From Candidatus Segetimicrobium genomatis (GTDB lineage Bacteria; Sysuimicrobiota; Sysuimicrobiia; Sysuimicrobiales; Kaftiobacteriaceae), in NCBI GenBank assembly GCA_005888595.1, contig VBAL01000111.1, positions 9,450-50,317 on the forward strand: a stretch of 40,868 nucleotides of DNA, read 5' to 3'. A model generated the notes under the pieces. It searched no databases, was not told the origin of the DNA, and saw only the letters and a list, made by a program, of their open reading frames with translations. Positions within the stretch are counted from its first letter, which is position 1. Each line of letters opens with the position of its first letter. The translations under genes were made by a program, and so were the position numbers. Positions 20,613-29,591 of this stretch are shown one piece after another.

Positions 20613-21332
20613 TTGGATCAGGCGTGGAAAATAGTTGTCGGCCACTCAACCGTTGTCGCTACCGAGGTGACGAAGATCAAATCCAAGCTTCTTCCCCGGT
20701 TAGCCGTCCTACTGGCTGTTGCGGTGGGGCTTACGGCGGTCGCAGTAACCCGCTCCATCGGACGCTTTCGGGAGCGCCCCCCCGTCACGACCCCACCCGC
20801 AACGGAGCCTCGGCAACCTCGCTCATCGAGTCAGCCTAATCCGTCTGCAGCCGCAGATCAGGCACAGCCAGCCTATACGGGAGTGCTGGGAGATTTCCTG
20901 GTGACTGCGAAGGTAGGCCAGGTTGCAGATTGGCCACCATGTCCCGAGCCGCGTAGACCGGCTCAGAATTATAAGGCCTCGGAGGTCTATTCCCCCGTCT
21001 TCGGCGATCTTGAAGTATACGAGTGTGCTGACGGCAAGATCATCGGTCTTTCGGTTTATGGGGACCCGAGCATTGGAAAACGCTACTTCGTTGGGCCAGC
21101 GAAAGTCAATTACTTCGCGCCATTAGATCGACTCGTGCTGTTGAAAGTAGCGGGTCGTCCCGCAATTGCACAACTGCCAGCACCGGGTGATCCAGAGGGC
21201 CTCCGTCTTGCGGTCATCCAACGGGTTCCCAGCAACAATCAGCCCGGCATTATGGTCTGGATTGACAACACCAGCAAAAGTGTGGCAGAAGCCGCAGCGC
21301 TGGCGGCAGAAATTATGGGGGTGCGACCATGA
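20613..21332 (+). CDS. Hypothetical membrane-anchored protein (TM helix, Pro-rich linker, small extracytoplasmic domain); alternative start GTG 20667
   Basis: 239-aa ORF with hydrophobic LAVLLAVAVGLTAVAV; ATGA overlap with the next ORF; lower GC than the flanks. Confidence 0.7.
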   Translation: MDQAWKIVVGHSTVVATEVTKIKSKLLPRLAVLLAVAVGLTAVAVTRSIGRFRERPPVTTPPATEPRQPRSSSQPNPSAAADQAQPAYTGVLGDFLVTAKVGQVADWPPCPEPRRPAQNYKASEVYSPVFGDLEVYECADGKIIGLSVYGDPSIGKRYFVGPAKVNYFAPLDRLVLLKVAGRPAIAQLPAPGDPEGLRLAVIQRVPSNNQPGIMVWIDNTSKSVAEAAALAAEIMGVRP

Positions 21333-23023
21333 AAAGATTCTTGGTACTGATGACCGCAGTGTGCAGCGGGTTATCGCTCCCTCTGTTCGATCGTCCCGAG
21401 ATAGTGCAAGCTCAGACACCGCGTACGGACACAATCTACTTCATGGGCGCCACGCGAGGTAAGGACTACAATAATACGGGCGTTCTTTCATGGTGTGTCA
21501 GTCGGAGCTGGCATGAGAGCTATCCCAATGGTCCTGCGGATGCACTCGATGAGGTTGCACAGCAACAGGCGGTCCCAACACCCCCTCCCACTGATGACCA
21601 GTGGCCGGCGATTTGTAATAGTGATCCGACAGCGATCGACGGTTCCGGAAAGGTCGATCTTACAACCTACGGCGTTACGGGTCCGCTAGATTGCAGTTCG
21701 CCCTGCATTTCTTTAACCGTGAGAGGCAGATCTTTTGAGTACGGCGACGGCTGCGATTACATCGAGGCCGACCTTTACGATTTCGTCACTATGGACGACG
21801 GGCATAAAGTCGGTGAAAAGAAAGGGAAGCAGCGCATGATACATGCACTTGCACCTAATAGTACTAATGTCCCTTATGACCTGCCTTCCATACAAGTCAC
21901 ATCAACCGGATTGTACGCTAGCAATGAGATAGGGACACTACAAAATGACACCAATTGTAAACCCAATACTAACCCGCCTGGCTTTACACCAGGTGGTTAT
22001 CACGTCCACCATGACTTCATGCCACCGACGGGATCACAGTCTTGTTCGTGGAACCAAAACACTCCGGCGAACTTTCCTAGGCATATTACGGATCGGCAAA
22101 AACAGAATCCTTCCCACTGGGTGCATTTTGTGTCCCACAAACCTGGAGTGTCATGTTTTGCGGATGGGCCGCCAAAGTTGGCCGATAACTTGTTGGCATC
22201 GGACGGTGTGTTGGATGGAGACGGGAATGGTGGTGGGACCAGGGCGTTGGCAACAGGAGCACAATCTTCGCTCACGAGCCCGCAGACGTGCATTACAGGG
22301 ACGTCCTGGTGTGGAACAATCAGTGTGACTCCGCCTGTGGTGCAGGCGGCGTTTTCCAACTATTTGGGATTGTCGCCAACTGATTACTTGAGAGCGCAGC
22401 AGAAGCGTATTCCCCCCCGGGGGAGCACAACACCATACTATTGGTACGGTCCAGACAACGGAGGGTTCTATTTCTACGTGTTTTGGTGGATGACGTATCC
22501 GGACGGTAGTGGCTATTGGGACTGTGGCATGGGAGTACCAGGAGCAGAGAGGTATTGGGCGGGGTTTTCGAGTTGGACTGGTATTTATACTTGTCAGAAC
22601 GGGTTCATAAGCCTCGGCGGCGGTGGGGGGCCGGTGACCGCCATTGAAAATGAGTGGAGTCAGTTCCGGGGCTTGAATGGCATAAATCCGACAGCGCCGC
22701 CAACACAGCAAGACGCGAATACGTGGGCTCAGACTCAGATTGACAGTGGACACTGGGCGGATGTAGTGAAACCGGCTCTAGATGCGGTGATTCGTGCGGG
22801 GACGGGCAACATGGACATGGCGACGCTGGGGATTACGGGGGATCCTCCGTTTGATGGGGACCTCGGCCAGGTTGGGCTGGCGGGTGTAATGAACAGGATG
22901 AATACTGTAGCGTCGCGGGTTATGGACCTTCCGTTGTTTGATCCGACCCGAGCCGATATGAATCGTGATTGGATAGGTTCAACTCGCCCAAGGTGGAGTT
23001 TGACGGGAAAAGCTTTGAGGTAG
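21329..23023 (+). CDS. Secreted Cys-rich hypothetical protein with possible divergent M23 (LasA-like) metallopeptidase motifs
   Basis: 564-aa ORF; signal peptide MKRFLVLMTAV...QAQ; motifs WHESYPNGPADALD, MIHAL and GGYHVHH; lower GC. Confidence 0.7.
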   Translation: MKRFLVLMTAVCSGLSLPLFDRPEIVQAQTPRTDTIYFMGATRGKDYNNTGVLSWCVSRSWHESYPNGPADALDEVAQQQAVPTPPPTDDQWPAICNSDPTAIDGSGKVDLTTYGVTGPLDCSSPCISLTVRGRSFEYGDGCDYIEADLYDFVTMDDGHKVGEKKGKQRMIHALAPNSTNVPYDLPSIQVTSTGLYASNEIGTLQNDTNCKPNTNPPGFTPGGYHVHHDFMPPTGSQSCSWNQNTPANFPRHITDRQKQNPSHWVHFVSHKPGVSCFADGPPKLADNLLASDGVLDGDGNGGGTRALATGAQSSLTSPQTCITGTSWCGTISVTPPVVQAAFSNYLGLSPTDYLRAQQKRIPPRGSTTPYYWYGPDNGGFYFYVFWWMTYPDGSGYWDCGMGVPGAERYWAGFSSWTGIYTCQNGFISLGGGGGPVTAIENEWSQFRGLNGINPTAPPTQQDANTWAQTQIDSGHWADVVKPALDAVIRAGTGNMDMATLGITGDPPFDGDLGQVGLAGVMNRMNTVASRVMDLPLFDPTRADMNRDWIGSTRPRWSLTGKALR

Positions 23024-23241
23024 TTCTCAATCATAGAAGCTAGCCATGCGAACTATTGTTGAGCCGAGATTTCCCTGTGGGTCCGGCTGCTGCCTTCTCG
23101 CTAGCACAGGTGCTTTGACGGAATTCCCTTGGACTCCTTTCCTGATTCTAGATCCTGCTGCAATGAGAGATCGGAGTCGCCCCGCGCCAGTCAGCGCCGA
23201 TGTTCCCTCTTCAGGTCTTTGCTTTTCCGAACACCGACGCC

Positions 23242-23839
23242 TCAAGGTGCTGGCGGGATGATTTTGCCACGAGGACAGCCTCGCTGTAGGTCGCCGTGAC
23301 GTAACCTCACGTCGTCATCTGGCCAAAGGCGTTGGCCGATAGCGGTGGACCTTGTCCCACCGAAGGGCCAAAAACTCGTTGCCCTCCGGGTGAGTCCGGC
23401 GAGTATAGAATCCGCCACGGACCTGCCCGCCAAGTACAACACTCCCGCCCGCTTCCAAAGCGTCAGGACCTCGGCAGGGTCTTCGATGTCGACTGACTTA
23501 AAGACGGCCTGAGCAGCGGACCGTTCCACAAGAAGGACCTCGCCGCCCTTGGAGCTGGCTTGCCAGCGGCCGTGCACCGGCGCCTCCTCATCGCGGGCCG
23601 GATGCCCGATGAAGTGAAGGCCAGCGTGTTCGAGCGCCTGCAAGAACTCAATGAACCGGAGCGGGGGCCCCGCCACCGGCTCCATGCGCAGCCCCATCGC
23701 TCTTACCGCCGGTCGGGAGATCCGGACCCCAGTCCTTGACCGCGCGTGCCGTTGACACCCGTATCTCCGACGGAGGAACTTTCACGAATAGTTCCGCGAG
23801 CAGGCGCTGGATCTCGCTGGGAAGGCGCAACGCCGCCAT
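23242..23839 (-). pseudogene. Possible frameshifted hypothetical gene (two overlapping ORFs)
   Basis: ORFs 23648-23839 and 23242-23697 join by a 1-nt shift near 23715 (WGPDL|RPAVRAMGLRMEP). No family recognised. Confidence 0.3.
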
Positions 23840-23880
23840 CTTGCTAAACAGCAGGCAGGTAATTGCGCGCCCGTTCGCAG

Positions 23881-23918
23881 GGAGACTAGGAAGACTAGAT
23901 GGACGAGGTAGACAGTTC
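23881..23918 (-). repeat. Right (inverted) arm of a 9-mer GTCTAC array
   Basis: ggagactag gaagactag atggacgag gtagacagtt, the reverse complement of the array type at 20121-20203. Confidence 0.75.
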
Positions 23919-23919
23919 T

Positions 23920-25053
23920 TCAGGCGGAGCGCGTTCCCATCAGGATCTCGAACACCAGATGGTCCAATCGCTCATAGGCGAAGGTCCGGCCGGGACCGGT
24001 CGCGGGACGTTCGTCGGACCCCGGCGGCGCATCCCACCGCCTGATCTCCGCCAGCAGCTGCTGAACTTCCGCATCCTGGTTGAACTGGTGCACCTTGTCG
24101 GCCAGGATCTCATAAGCCCGGATGCAGCCCTCCACGAATCCCCAGATCCCCCGTTCATCAGTGGTCCGGTACGGATGCGCGTCGAATGTCCGTGGTCCGG
24201 GCCACCGTTCCTCTTCCAGCAACTTCACGACAAAAAATGCATCCTTGAGATTGGCACCGCCAAACCGCAAATCCTGGTCGAAGCGCAGCGGGCGCTGGGC
24301 GTTGAGGTGGATGCCATCCAGCTTGCCGGCGTACAGGGCGTGGGCGATCTCATGGGCGGGGTTGAGCCCGGCCATGGCGGCATGAGCGAATTCCAGGACC
24401 ACCCCCACGTGCTCAGGGTGTTCCAGCGTGGCGATGAATGCCAGGGCGTGGCCGGCTGTCGAGATGTAGAGGTCTCCCCGCGGCTCGTTGGGTTTGGGTT
24501 CTACCGACAGACGCATCGGGTAGCGCTGACTGGTGATGTACGCATCGAGCTCGTTGAACCCATCCCGGAGCCGCTTTAAAGCATCGACCGGGGATCGGCT
24601 CGCATCGACCTCTGCGCCGTCGCGGCCTCCCCAGATGTTGAACAATGGTGCGTCCAGCAGGTGTCCAACATCAATCGCCGCCTTATAGCGCGCGAGCGCC
24701 ATGCGCCGGACGCGGGCTTCGTTGGACACCATGCCGCCGTCTTTGAAGACCGGCTCTGTGAACATCGACGACCCGCAGGCATCGCAGACGATCCCCGTAT
24801 CTGTCATGCGCCGCCGCGCCTCGGCGATCAGGCGGTCCCGCTCGACGGTTGAACTTCCGGGCGGGAGGAGGTCCTCCGCATGCAGCTCGAAGGCAGCCGC
24901 GCCGTGGGCGGCCAACCCGCTGATGGCCTCCAGCGGATCGAGCGCGGAGCGCGTCGCCGCGCCGAACGGATCGGCCCCCCGGTTCATGACGGTCCACAAA
25001 CCGAAGCTGTAGACTCGCGTTGCCGTTTCGCGTTTCGGCACCTTGGTACTCAA
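23920..25053 (-). CDS. Xylose isomerase family protein (divergent; substrate uncertain)
   Basis: YSFGLWTV, DPFG, VFKDGG, WGGRDG, EPKPNEPRG and FDQDLRFG motifs; TTG start at 25053 after AGGGG. Confidence 0.9.
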   Translation of the reverse strand: MSTKVPKRETATRVYSFGLWTVMNRGADPFGAATRSALDPLEAISGLAAHGAAAFELHAEDLLPPGSSTVERDRLIAEARRRMTDTGIVCDACGSSMFTEPVFKDGGMVSNEARVRRMALARYKAAIDVGHLLDAPLFNIWGGRDGAEVDASRSPVDALKRLRDGFNELDAYITSQRYPMRLSVEPKPNEPRGDLYISTAGHALAFIATLEHPEHVGVVLEFAHAAMAGLNPAHEIAHALYAGKLDGIHLNAQRPLRFDQDLRFGGANLKDAFFVVKLLEEERWPGPRTFDAHPYRTTDERGIWGFVEGCIRAYEILADKVHQFNQDAEVQQLLAEIRRWDAPPGSDERPATGPGRTFAYERLDHLVFEILMGTRSA

Positions 25054-25063
25054 CGATTCGCCC

Positions 25064-26311
25064 CTACAAGCACATTTTGTTGTCGCCGCAGGCCTTCTGC
25101 AAGGCGCGCTGCGCCGCCCCGACATCCTTATTGGATACGAAGGCATGCACGATGTCGTTGAACGCCACGGTGAACCCTGGCGGTGCCGCAGAGCCGTGCA
25201 CCTCGCTTGGAACCACCACATTTTTGGCGAAGTCCTTCGCCGCAGACTGCATATAGGTGTCGAGTTTCATCGGATCGCAATCGGTGCGCGCGCAGAGCGC
25301 CCCTTTCAGTTGGTTCAAGGCCTCTTGCCCCTCTTTTGAGCCGTTCGGCAGGCTGAATGCGGCGCTGATGACCAGGAAGGCACCAGACGTGCCGAACGCG
25401 GGCACATACCCGTAGTCCATCCCGGGTGTCCATCCCTTACCAATGAAATAGCCGGAGGCCCAGTCTCCCATCACGGTCATCGCCGCCTTGCCATCGATCA
25501 GCATCTGCGCCGCGGAGTCCCAGGTCCCACTCGCATGGTCGCTGTTCACGTACTCCAGGACCTTCGCGTATGTCTCCAGTGCCCGTTTCACAGTATCGCC
25601 GGTCCATGAGGTCTTACCGGTCCACAGTCCGCGATATCCGATAGGCCCGAGCGCGCCGAGGAGCACATCCTCCAACAGGTGGGCGGCCTCCCACTTGTTC
25701 TGGTCACCCAGCGCCAGCGGGGTGATCCCCTTGGCCCGCAGCGTATTGGCTACCTTAAAGAACTCGTCCCAGCTGGTTGGCGCCGCCAGCTTGTTATCGT
25801 CAAAGATTTTCTTGTTGTACCAGAGGACGTTCCCGCGGTGCACGCTGACCGGCACGGAGTACTGATCGCCTTGATACGTGACAATGTTCACAAGGTTCCT
25901 GGGGAAGACGGCGAGCCACCCCTCACTCTCGAACAACTGCGTGATCGGTTCCATGTGGCCGGTGACGACCCATGCGCTCGTAAGTTCCTCGCCGCCGTGC
26001 GCCTGGAAACTGTCCGGCGGATGACCCCGCTGCATGCGGGCTTTCAGGATCGCTACGGCATCTTCAGGGGTACCGCCGGCGATTGCCGCGTTGACAATCT
26101 CCACATCAGGGTACCGCTGCCTGAAAATCTCAAACACCGCATGAAGACCGTCGGCCTCACGGCCCCAGGTCCACCAGCTGAAGATCTCCAGCTTCCCGCC
26201 CATGACCGACCCGGCCTGCAACCCCGCGCGGAATGGAGATATCATCAGCGCCGTCACGATGACGAGCACGGTCCAGAACCACACGGCAGTGCGGCTCATT
26301 CTGTGCATCAT
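25064..26311 (-). CDS. Second sugar ABC substrate-binding protein, paralogue of 16954-18210
   Basis: Shares GGKLEIFSWW, PPDSFQ, GDW and CARTDC with the first binding protein. Confidence 0.9.
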   Translation of the reverse strand: MMHRMSRTAVWFWTVLVIVTALMISPFRAGLQAGSVMGGKLEIFSWWTWGREADGLHAVFEIFRQRYPDVEIVNAAIAGGTPEDAVAILKARMQRGHPPDSFQAHGGEELTSAWVVTGHMEPITQLFESEGWLAVFPRNLVNIVTYQGDQYSVPVSVHRGNVLWYNKKIFDDNKLAAPTSWDEFFKVANTLRAKGITPLALGDQNKWEAAHLLEDVLLGALGPIGYRGLWTGKTSWTGDTVKRALETYAKVLEYVNSDHASGTWDSAAQMLIDGKAAMTVMGDWASGYFIGKGWTPGMDYGYVPAFGTSGAFLVISAAFSLPNGSKEGQEALNQLKGALCARTDCDPMKLDTYMQSAAKDFAKNVVVPSEVHGSAAPPGFTVAFNDIVHAFVSNKDVGAAQRALQKACGDNKMCL

Positions 26312-26374
26312 GGATCGACCTCCACGTCTTCAACCCGGGGGCACGCGAAGTTTCTACACGGCATGCCCCACCTC

Positions 26375-26448
26375 CTAGTCCCGTACCAGCGTGACAGGCG
26401 AGAGTTCGGCAGCCGCCCACGGTGCAAGTCACGTTGGTACGGGACTAG
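26375..26448. promoter_or_regulatory. 21-bp inverted repeat in the divergent region between the second binding protein and galK
   Basis: ctagtcccgtaccagcgtgac-32 nt-gtcacgttggtacgggactag (20/21 complementary). Confidence 0.65.
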
Positions 26449-26475
26449 CGGGATGGCCTTTGGCCCGCGCCGAAC

Positions 26476-27678
26476 ATGGCCGTGATGCCCGATCCGACGC
26501 GCTGGACGGCCGCGGTGGACCTGTTCACGCGGGTGTTCGACGCCCACACCACCCTCGTCGCCGGCGCGCCCGGCCGCGTAAACCTCATCGGCGAGCACAC
26601 GGACTACAACGACGGCCTGGTGTTGCCGGCCGCGATCGACCGTCACGTGTTCATCGCCGCCCGGCGAAACGACTCAGGTCGCGTGAGATTGGCGGCGAGC
26701 GCATTCGAGGACCGGGTGGAGTTCCCCACCGACGATCCCGGCCGGCCGGCTCTGCCGGTCTGGGCCCGGTATCCACAAGGCGTCGCCGTGAAGCTACGGG
26801 CCCGCGGCATCAGCATACACGGATTCGACGCGGCCATCGCCGCCGATCTGCCGGTCGGCTCAGGGCTCAGCTCGTCCGCCGCGCTGGAGGTGGCCTCGGC
26901 TCTGGTGATGGAAGCAATCAGCGACCACGCGCTTCCTCCGAGAGAACGCGCCCTGCTGTGCCGCGCCGCGGAGGTGGAGTTCGTCGGTGTGCCCTCTGGG
27001 ATTATGGACCAGTTCGCCTCCACATTGTGCCGGCGTGGCCATGCTTTGTTCCTCGACTGCCGCTCACTGGAAACACACCACATTCCATTAGGAGCGACGC
27101 TCGCCATCGCGGTCTGCGACACCGGGATGGCGCGCGTCCTGGCGGGATCGGCGTACGCGCAGCGCAGGCAGGAGTGCGCCGATGCCGTCACCGCGCTGCG
27201 GAAGGCAGGATTGAAGATTGCGTCGCTGCGGGATCTGACGCTAGATGACGTCCCACGTGTGGAGCGCCTGCCGGAACCGCTGCGGAGGCGCGCCAGGCAT
27301 GTCCTCACCGAGGATGCGCGGGTCGTGGAAACCGCGACACTTTTGGAAAGTGGGCAGCCCGGTGGGCTGCGGGACGTGTTCTCTGCATCTCACCGCAGCC
27401 TGCGCGACGACTACGAGGTAAGTTCTCGCGAGTTGGACGCCATGGCGGAGGCGGCCCTCGACGCGCCCGGCTGCGTGGCCGCCCGGATGACCGGCGCGGG
27501 ATTCGGCGGCGCAGTCGTCGCCCTGGTGCAACGCGCGGCCGGGGACGCGTTTCTCGCCGCGGCGGCGGAGGGTTACCGGAGACGCACGGGACGTGAAGGC
27601 CGATTGTTTCTCACAGAGGCGGCGGAGGGAGCGAAACTACTTGAAGGGCGGGACTCGGGACTGGGGACTGGGGACTAG
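26476..27678 (+). CDS. galK: Galactokinase
   Basis: APGRVNLIGEHTDYN, GSGLSSSAA, GIMDQ and ARMTGAGFGG motifs. Confidence 0.96.
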   Translation: MAVMPDPTRWTAAVDLFTRVFDAHTTLVAGAPGRVNLIGEHTDYNDGLVLPAAIDRHVFIAARRNDSGRVRLAASAFEDRVEFPTDDPGRPALPVWARYPQGVAVKLRARGISIHGFDAAIAADLPVGSGLSSSAALEVASALVMEAISDHALPPRERALLCRAAEVEFVGVPSGIMDQFASTLCRRGHALFLDCRSLETHHIPLGATLAIAVCDTGMARVLAGSAYAQRRQECADAVTALRKAGLKIASLRDLTLDDVPRVERLPEPLRRRARHVLTEDARVVETATLLESGQPGGLRDVFSASHRSLRDDYEVSSRELDAMAEAALDAPGCVAARMTGAGFGGAVVALVQRAAGDAFLAAAAEGYRRRTGREGRLFLTEAAEGAKLLEGRDSGLGTGD

Positions 27679-27756
27679 AATTGTGAGGATCTTACCCGAG
27701 GTGATTGCTCGCACCAATCCCTAGTCCCAAGTCCCTAGTCCCAAGTCCCTAATCCC
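27650..27756. repeat. Inverted heptamer arrays (GGGACTN)n ... (AGTCCCW)n
   Basis: gggactc gggactg gggactg gggacta ... aatccct agtccca agtccct agtccca agtccct aatccc. The galK and nnr stops each lie in one arm. Confidence 0.9.
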
Positions 27757-29314
27757 GCAGTTCTCTTATTGGGTCCACCTGTAATCCCGCTTCAACCCTG
27801 TGGATCGCGTGAGGCAGGCGGTCGGCCACGTCAGACGCCAGCAAACCCACCTGTCCCCGCTCGTGCGCACAAAGATCTCCGGCCAGCCCGTGCAGGTACG
27901 CTGCGGCGACCGCGGCCTCAAACGGAGCCAGCCCCTGACCGATCAATGCGGCCACCGCCCCAGTGAGTACATCTCCCATCCCGCCTGAGGCCATGCCCGG
28001 GTTCCCTGTGCGGACGATGGCGGCCTCGCCGTCGGGCTTCGCTACGACGGTGTGAGCGCTCTTCAGGACCACAACACAGCGAAAACGCGCCGCGGCCGCG
28101 CGAGCAGCGCCCAGGCGGTCTTCCACGATCTTGGGGGTCGGCTGCTTGAGCAACCTGCCGAGTTCTCCCGGGTGCGGGGTGATGACCAGCGGGGGCCGCG
28201 CCTTCGCCAAGCGATCCGCCCGACCGGCCAGTACGTTGAGCCCATCGGCGTCAAGCACCAACGGCTTGTCACGCCCCAGCAACTCCTCGACCACGCGCGC
28301 GACGCCCGGCGCAGGCGATAACCCAGGACCGGCGGCCACGACGTCACAAGAGGCCAGCAGTTCATCGACCCGGGCCATCGCAGAAGGCGACAGCGCGCTC
28401 CCGTCATCAGCCAGCGGCATGGCGATCCCTTCCGTGACCTTAGATGCAACAATGGGGTAGACGCTCTGCGGAACCGCAACGGTCACCAACCCCGCACCGC
28501 TCCGCAGGGCGCCGAACGTGGATAAGACGGCCGCGCCGGTGTATCCAACGGATCCCGCGAGGATCAGCACATGCCCATACGTCCCCTTGTGAGTGTCAGG
28601 CCGGCGCCGCGGCAGCAACTCACGCACTTTCGCGGACGTCACCAGCCAGGTTGTGATCGAGGGGTCGTCCATGAGGGCCTGCGGGTACCCGATGTCGCCG
28701 ACGTAGAGGGCGCCCGCCATTTCTGCCCCTGGAAAGAGGACGACGCCCACTTTCGGCAGCCCCATCGTGACGGTGACCGAGGCGCGGACACACGGGCCGT
28801 CCCAGGTTCCGGTGTCCGCCTGCAACCCAGACGGGACATCGACTGCCAGGATGGGCTTACCGGAGCGATTGGCCGCCTCAATCAGACCGACGGCATCGCC
28901 TCGAGCCGTGCCTCGGAATCCGGTGCCGAACAGTGCGTCGATGATAAGGTCTGCCTTCGCAATCGCGTCCTCGTGCCGCGCGGCATCGCCGGCAAGGAAG
29001 GAGACGCCCGCTTCCGACGCCGCGGCCAGAGCCTGGGCTGATTCGCCGCCAAACTCCTCCTTCGGCGCTACGAACAGCGCCGCGACCTCGGCGCCCGCCG
29101 CCAGGTACCTGGCGGCAACCAGCCCGTCTCCCCCGTTGCTTCCCCTGCCGGCCATCACGACGACCCGGCGCCCTCCGTGTTCGCGCAGCATGATCTCGGC
29201 TGCCTGGGCGACGCGCCGGCCGGCCGCGTCCATGAGCTGGGCGACGGAAATCCCGTGGTCTTTGGTAGCCCGGCGATCTAGCTCCGCGATCTGCGCACTT
29301 GTCGCGACGCGCAT
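27749..29314 (-). CDS. nnr: Bifunctional NAD(P)HX epimerase/dehydratase
   Basis: GSNGGDG, DALFGTG and DVPSG (YjeF-N); HKGTYG, DADGLN, TPHPGE and GGMGDVLTG (dehydratase). ATG at 29314. Confidence 0.96.
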   Translation of the reverse strand: MRVATSAQIAELDRRATKDHGISVAQLMDAAGRRVAQAAEIMLREHGGRRVVVMAGRGSNGGDGLVAARYLAAGAEVAALFVAPKEEFGGESAQALAAASEAGVSFLAGDAARHEDAIAKADLIIDALFGTGFRGTARGDAVGLIEAANRSGKPILAVDVPSGLQADTGTWDGPCVRASVTVTMGLPKVGVVLFPGAEMAGALYVGDIGYPQALMDDPSITTWLVTSAKVRELLPRRRPDTHKGTYGHVLILAGSVGYTGAAVLSTFGALRSGAGLVTVAVPQSVYPIVASKVTEGIAMPLADDGSALSPSAMARVDELLASCDVVAAGPGLSPAPGVARVVEELLGRDKPLVLDADGLNVLAGRADRLAKARPPLVITPHPGELGRLLKQPTPKIVEDRLGAARAAAARFRCVVVLKSAHTVVAKPDGEAAIVRTGNPGMASGGMGDVLTGAVAALIGQGLAPFEAAVAAAYLHGLAGDLCAHERGQVGLLASDVADRLPHAIHRVEAGLQVDPIRELRD

Positions 29315-29358
29315 CTTAAGGTCGCCGCCTCTTTCCGCCAGGAGAATGACTCCTTCCC

Positions 29359-29504
29359 TAACTGCGTCTACAAAGTCTACCATGTCTCCTAGGTCTACAA
29401 GGTCTACTAGCATAAAGACATAAGTCGCAGTGCCTACGCGCGCGCAGAAAGGCGGGTAGACTTTGAAGACCTGGTAGACCTGGTAGACCTTGTAGACGCA
29501 GTTA
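29359..29504. repeat. Inverted 9-mer arrays (GTCTAC-NNN)n ... (GTAGAC-NNN)n with perfect 15-bp outer inverted repeat
   Basis: taactgcgtctacaa ... ttgtagacgcagtta termini; about 5 units per arm; ~45-bp spacer. Confidence 0.92.
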
Positions 29505-29509
29505 TGCAG

Positions 29510-29548
29510 TTATCCCCATCAAGCACACTGTCCACACGGTGTGAACGA
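29510..29548. promoter_or_regulatory. Degenerate DnaA-box-like array upstream of the ncRNA promoter
   Basis: TTATCCCCA, TCAAGCACA and CTGTCCACA in 9-bp tandem, then an inverted TGTGAACGA. Confidence 0.35.
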
Positions 29549-29558
29549 AAGTTCCCGA

Positions 29559-29587
29559 TTGACCCGCTGAAGCCGCGATGATAACGT
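29559..29587 (+). promoter_or_regulatory. SigA-type promoter with extended -10
   Basis: TTGACC-17 nt-TAACGT with TGn before the -10; no plus-strand ORF follows. Confidence 0.7.
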
Positions 29588-29591
29588 CATG

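Noticed and set aside
20204-23880. Prophage or IS element as the explanation for the island
   Set aside because: No integrase, transposase or phage gene motifs, and no clear target-site duplication seen.
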